Positions 36,938 to 38,625 of a stretch of 38,625 nt of DNA are shown piece by piece (the first letter of the stretch is position 1; every line of letters begins with the position of its first letter). Under the pieces are notes generated by a model. That model did not search any database, was not told the origin of the DNA, and saw only the letters and a list, made by a program, of their open reading frames with translations. Where the stretch lies: positions 1-38,625 of the forward strand of contig DATNNS010000149.1 of the NCBI GenBank assembly GCA_035601715.1, given 5' to 3'. The stretch is from Rhizomicrobium sp. (GTDB lineage Bacteria > Pseudomonadota > Alphaproteobacteria > Micropepsales > Micropepsaceae). The translations under genes and the position numbers were made by a program.

Positions 36938-37064
36938 TGTCATCCCCGGCGAGCCGCGCGGTTGCGCGGCGAGGGAAGGGGACCCAGGTCTTTCCCACCT
37001 CGAATTGTTGGGTGCCTGGGTCCCCTTCCCTCGCGCGCCAGTGGCGCGCTCGCCGGGAATGACA
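36938..37064. repeat. REP-like cruciform palindromic element (TGTCAT...ATGACA ends)
   Basis: 17-bp terminal inverted repeats (36938-54 and 37048-64, one mismatch), a perfect 20-bp inner stem (36969-88 and 37015-34), and two small side hairpins. Confidence 0.85.
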
Positions 37065-37065
37065 A

Positions 37066-37833
37066 TCAGTTTTTGATGGGCACCAACTCCGGCCGATATT
37101 CGAAATGCATGGTGTCGTAGTGATACCAGCGGCCGCCCCAGACGAAGCCGTGGCGCTCGAAGATGCCGACGATCTCGCGCGGCATGCGGTTGGCCCAGCC
37201 GAAGTGGCCTTTCTGCTGATCCCACAGCCAATATTGCGAGAACGCCAGATTGAGATCGATCGCCGCGCCATAGGCGTGCATCGAAGGCTGGCCGGCATCA
37301 GCCACGCCGCGGCAGGCATAGGTGCCGGCGATGGGGAACGCGGCGCGCTTGATGTCGGCCGGCAGCACGTCGATCTCGGCGGAGACGGCACGCAACGCCT
37401 CCGCGGCGCGCGGCGCGAACTTGACCATGTGCCCCCAGCTGTTCGGCAGCCAAGCGACGGAGACGAGGTTTTTCTCCACCTCGCCTTTGCGGCAATCGCC
37501 ATACAACCGGTCGAAGAACGCTTTGTTGCGGAAGCGGCCCGGATCGAAATCAAGCAGCGGCGCAGCGATGGGCGCGCCCGCCGGATAGGCGAGGCGGAAT
37601 TGATCGGCGAGCGTGGCGTGGGTCAGCAGATCGGCGAAGGATTTGTTGGGATCGCTCTGGCCGATGGGCATATGCACGCCGTCGCGCCACTCGATCTCGG
37701 TGAGGTTGAACCCGGCGATGCGGTCGGGGTAGGCCGCGGCCAGCGCATCCCCAATCTTGCCGGCCGGATCGGCATGCGCTGCGAAAGACGCCAGCGCGAA
37801 AAACAGCGCCGCACTATTTCGCGGCAATCTCAC
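37066..37833 (-). CDS. Secreted M15-family zinc peptidoglycan peptidase
   Basis: Signal-like N-terminus; DPGRFR, GTY.CR, SMHAYGAAID (SxHxxGxAxD), FERHGF.WGG.WYHYDTMHFEYRPEL. Start uncertain (GTG 37833 or TTG 37827). Confidence 0.88.
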   Translation of the reverse strand: MRLPRNSAALFFALASFAAHADPAGKIGDALAAAYPDRIAGFNLTEIEWRDGVHMPIGQSDPNKSFADLLTHATLADQFRLAYPAGAPIAAPLLDFDPGRFRNKAFFDRLYGDCRKGEVEKNLVSVAWLPNSWGHMVKFAPRAAEALRAVSAEIDVLPADIKRAAFPIAGTYACRGVADAGQPSMHAYGAAIDLNLAFSQYWLWDQQKGHFGWANRMPREIVGIFERHGFVWGGRWYHYDTMHFEYRPELVPIKN

Positions 37834-38374
37834 TTTGCGCGGCCTTGTAGACGGCTTCGAGGAACAGCTTTTCCTGCGGCGTGTCGCGCGGATCGGCGAA
37901 TTCGATGGTCGCCTCCACCGCCCAGTGCCCCACCGCCGCGCCCGCGAACAACACGCGATAATGCAGATCCTCAAGCTTCGCGGTCTCATAGGTGCGTGTG
38001 TAGATGCTGGGCATCGCGCCGTGCGGCAGGCTCTCGTCGATCATCTTGCCGCCGGTCTGTTCCTGCTCGGTGAATTCCTGCGCCAGCGACGTCTTCGCGT
38101 CATAGGCGCCAGCGAGCGGTGTCAGCGTGATGGTGCCATAGACGCCGTCCAGCGCCGAGTAGGCGCAGAAGTCCGCGCCGGTCTCGGAATCCGCGACGCC
38201 CACCGAATCGCGCTCGAACAGCCCGATCTTGAGCGGACAGACGAGTCCCGATGCGACATGCACTTTCGCATCGTCCTTGCCGTCGGCGAACGTGTCGGCA
38301 GCCGTGTTCTGGGCACAAGCAGGTTGTGCGAGCCCGAAGACCACCGCGACCACGAGTGGAAAGATGTTTCTCAT
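37814..38374 (-). CDS. Hypothetical secreted protein (186 aa)
   Basis: Sec signal; H..SG..CP and C.Y motifs; host-like codon usage; starts 13 nt after the MoxR stop. Confidence 0.75.
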   Translation of the reverse strand: MRNIFPLVVAVVFGLAQPACAQNTAADTFADGKDDAKVHVASGLVCPLKIGLFERDSVGVADSETGADFCAYSALDGVYGTITLTPLAGAYDAKTSLAQEFTEQEQTGGKMIDESLPHGAMPSIYTRTYETAKLEDLHYRVLFAGAAVGHWAVEATIEFADPRDTPQEKLFLEAVYKAAQSEIAAK

Positions 38375-38387
38375 ATCTTGTATGGGA

Positions 38388-38625
38388 TCAATTTCGTGTC
38401 TCCCGCCGCGCCAGGAACGCCAGCCGCTCGAACAGGTGCACGTCCTGCTCGTTCTTGAGCAGCGCGCCGTGGAGCGGGGGAATGAGCTTGGTGGGGTCCT
38501 TCTCGCGCAGCGCCTCGGGCGACACGTCTTCGTTCAAGAGAAGCTTCAGCCAGTCGAGCAGCTCGGATGTGGACGGCTTCTTCTTCAGGCCCGGCACCTT
38601 GCGCATGTCGTAGAAGATGCGCAGC
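38388..38625 (-). CDS. MoxR-family AAA+ ATPase, C-terminal part (5' end outside the window)
   Basis: R.VPGLKKKPSTSELLDWLKLLL...IPPLHGALLKNEQDVHLFERLAF; vWA partner downstream. Confidence 0.9.
   Translation of the reverse strand, partial: LRIFYDMRKVPGLKKKPSTSELLDWLKLLLNEDVSPEALREKDPTKLIPPLHGALLKNEQDVHLFERLAFLARRETRN

Noticed and set aside
36938-37064. tRNA-like cloverleaf
   Set aside because: Too long, with no T-loop or D-loop consensus and no CCA. Near-perfect DNA-level inverted repeats indicate a REP-like element.

Overview
A high-GC alphaproteobacterial chromosomal segment; a Micropepsales/Rhizomicrobium-like or other Caulobacterales/Hyphomicrobiales-related origin is inferred from gene content and order. 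It holds about 50 densely packed CDS. I saw no rRNA, tRNA, CRISPR array, transposase or integrase. From left to right: (i) ethylmalonyl-CoA pathway genes (ecm/meaA partial, ccr, mcd) with five accessory genes between ecm and ccr, including an apparently catalytically degenerate MazF/PemK-like gene; (ii) an orphan hisE, two tandem XRE regulators, and the conserved nfuA-rutE-tsaB-rimI-fur-acyltransferase-miaB-phoH-ybeY-corC-lnt string; (iii) htpX, an rsmB-like gene, a TipN/GPR-like polar coiled-coil gene, an ShpA-like Hpt gene, a ferredoxin reductase and a 2Fe-2S ferredoxin; (iv) an accessory stretch with a TonB-anchor-like protein/M61-like peptidase/DUF2975/XRE operon behind a palindromic operator, a LexA-box-bearing promoter over a cryptic ORF with a terminase-like GAPxGNxNAxKHG motif, an NlpI-like TPR gene coupled to a tandem aspartyl protease, GST and methyltransferases; (v) a split MoxR-vWA locus with an M15 peptidase, a cruciform REP-like element, and coupled GNAT, Moco-fold and ferredoxin genes. 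All calls come from motif recognition by eye. No database searches were run.
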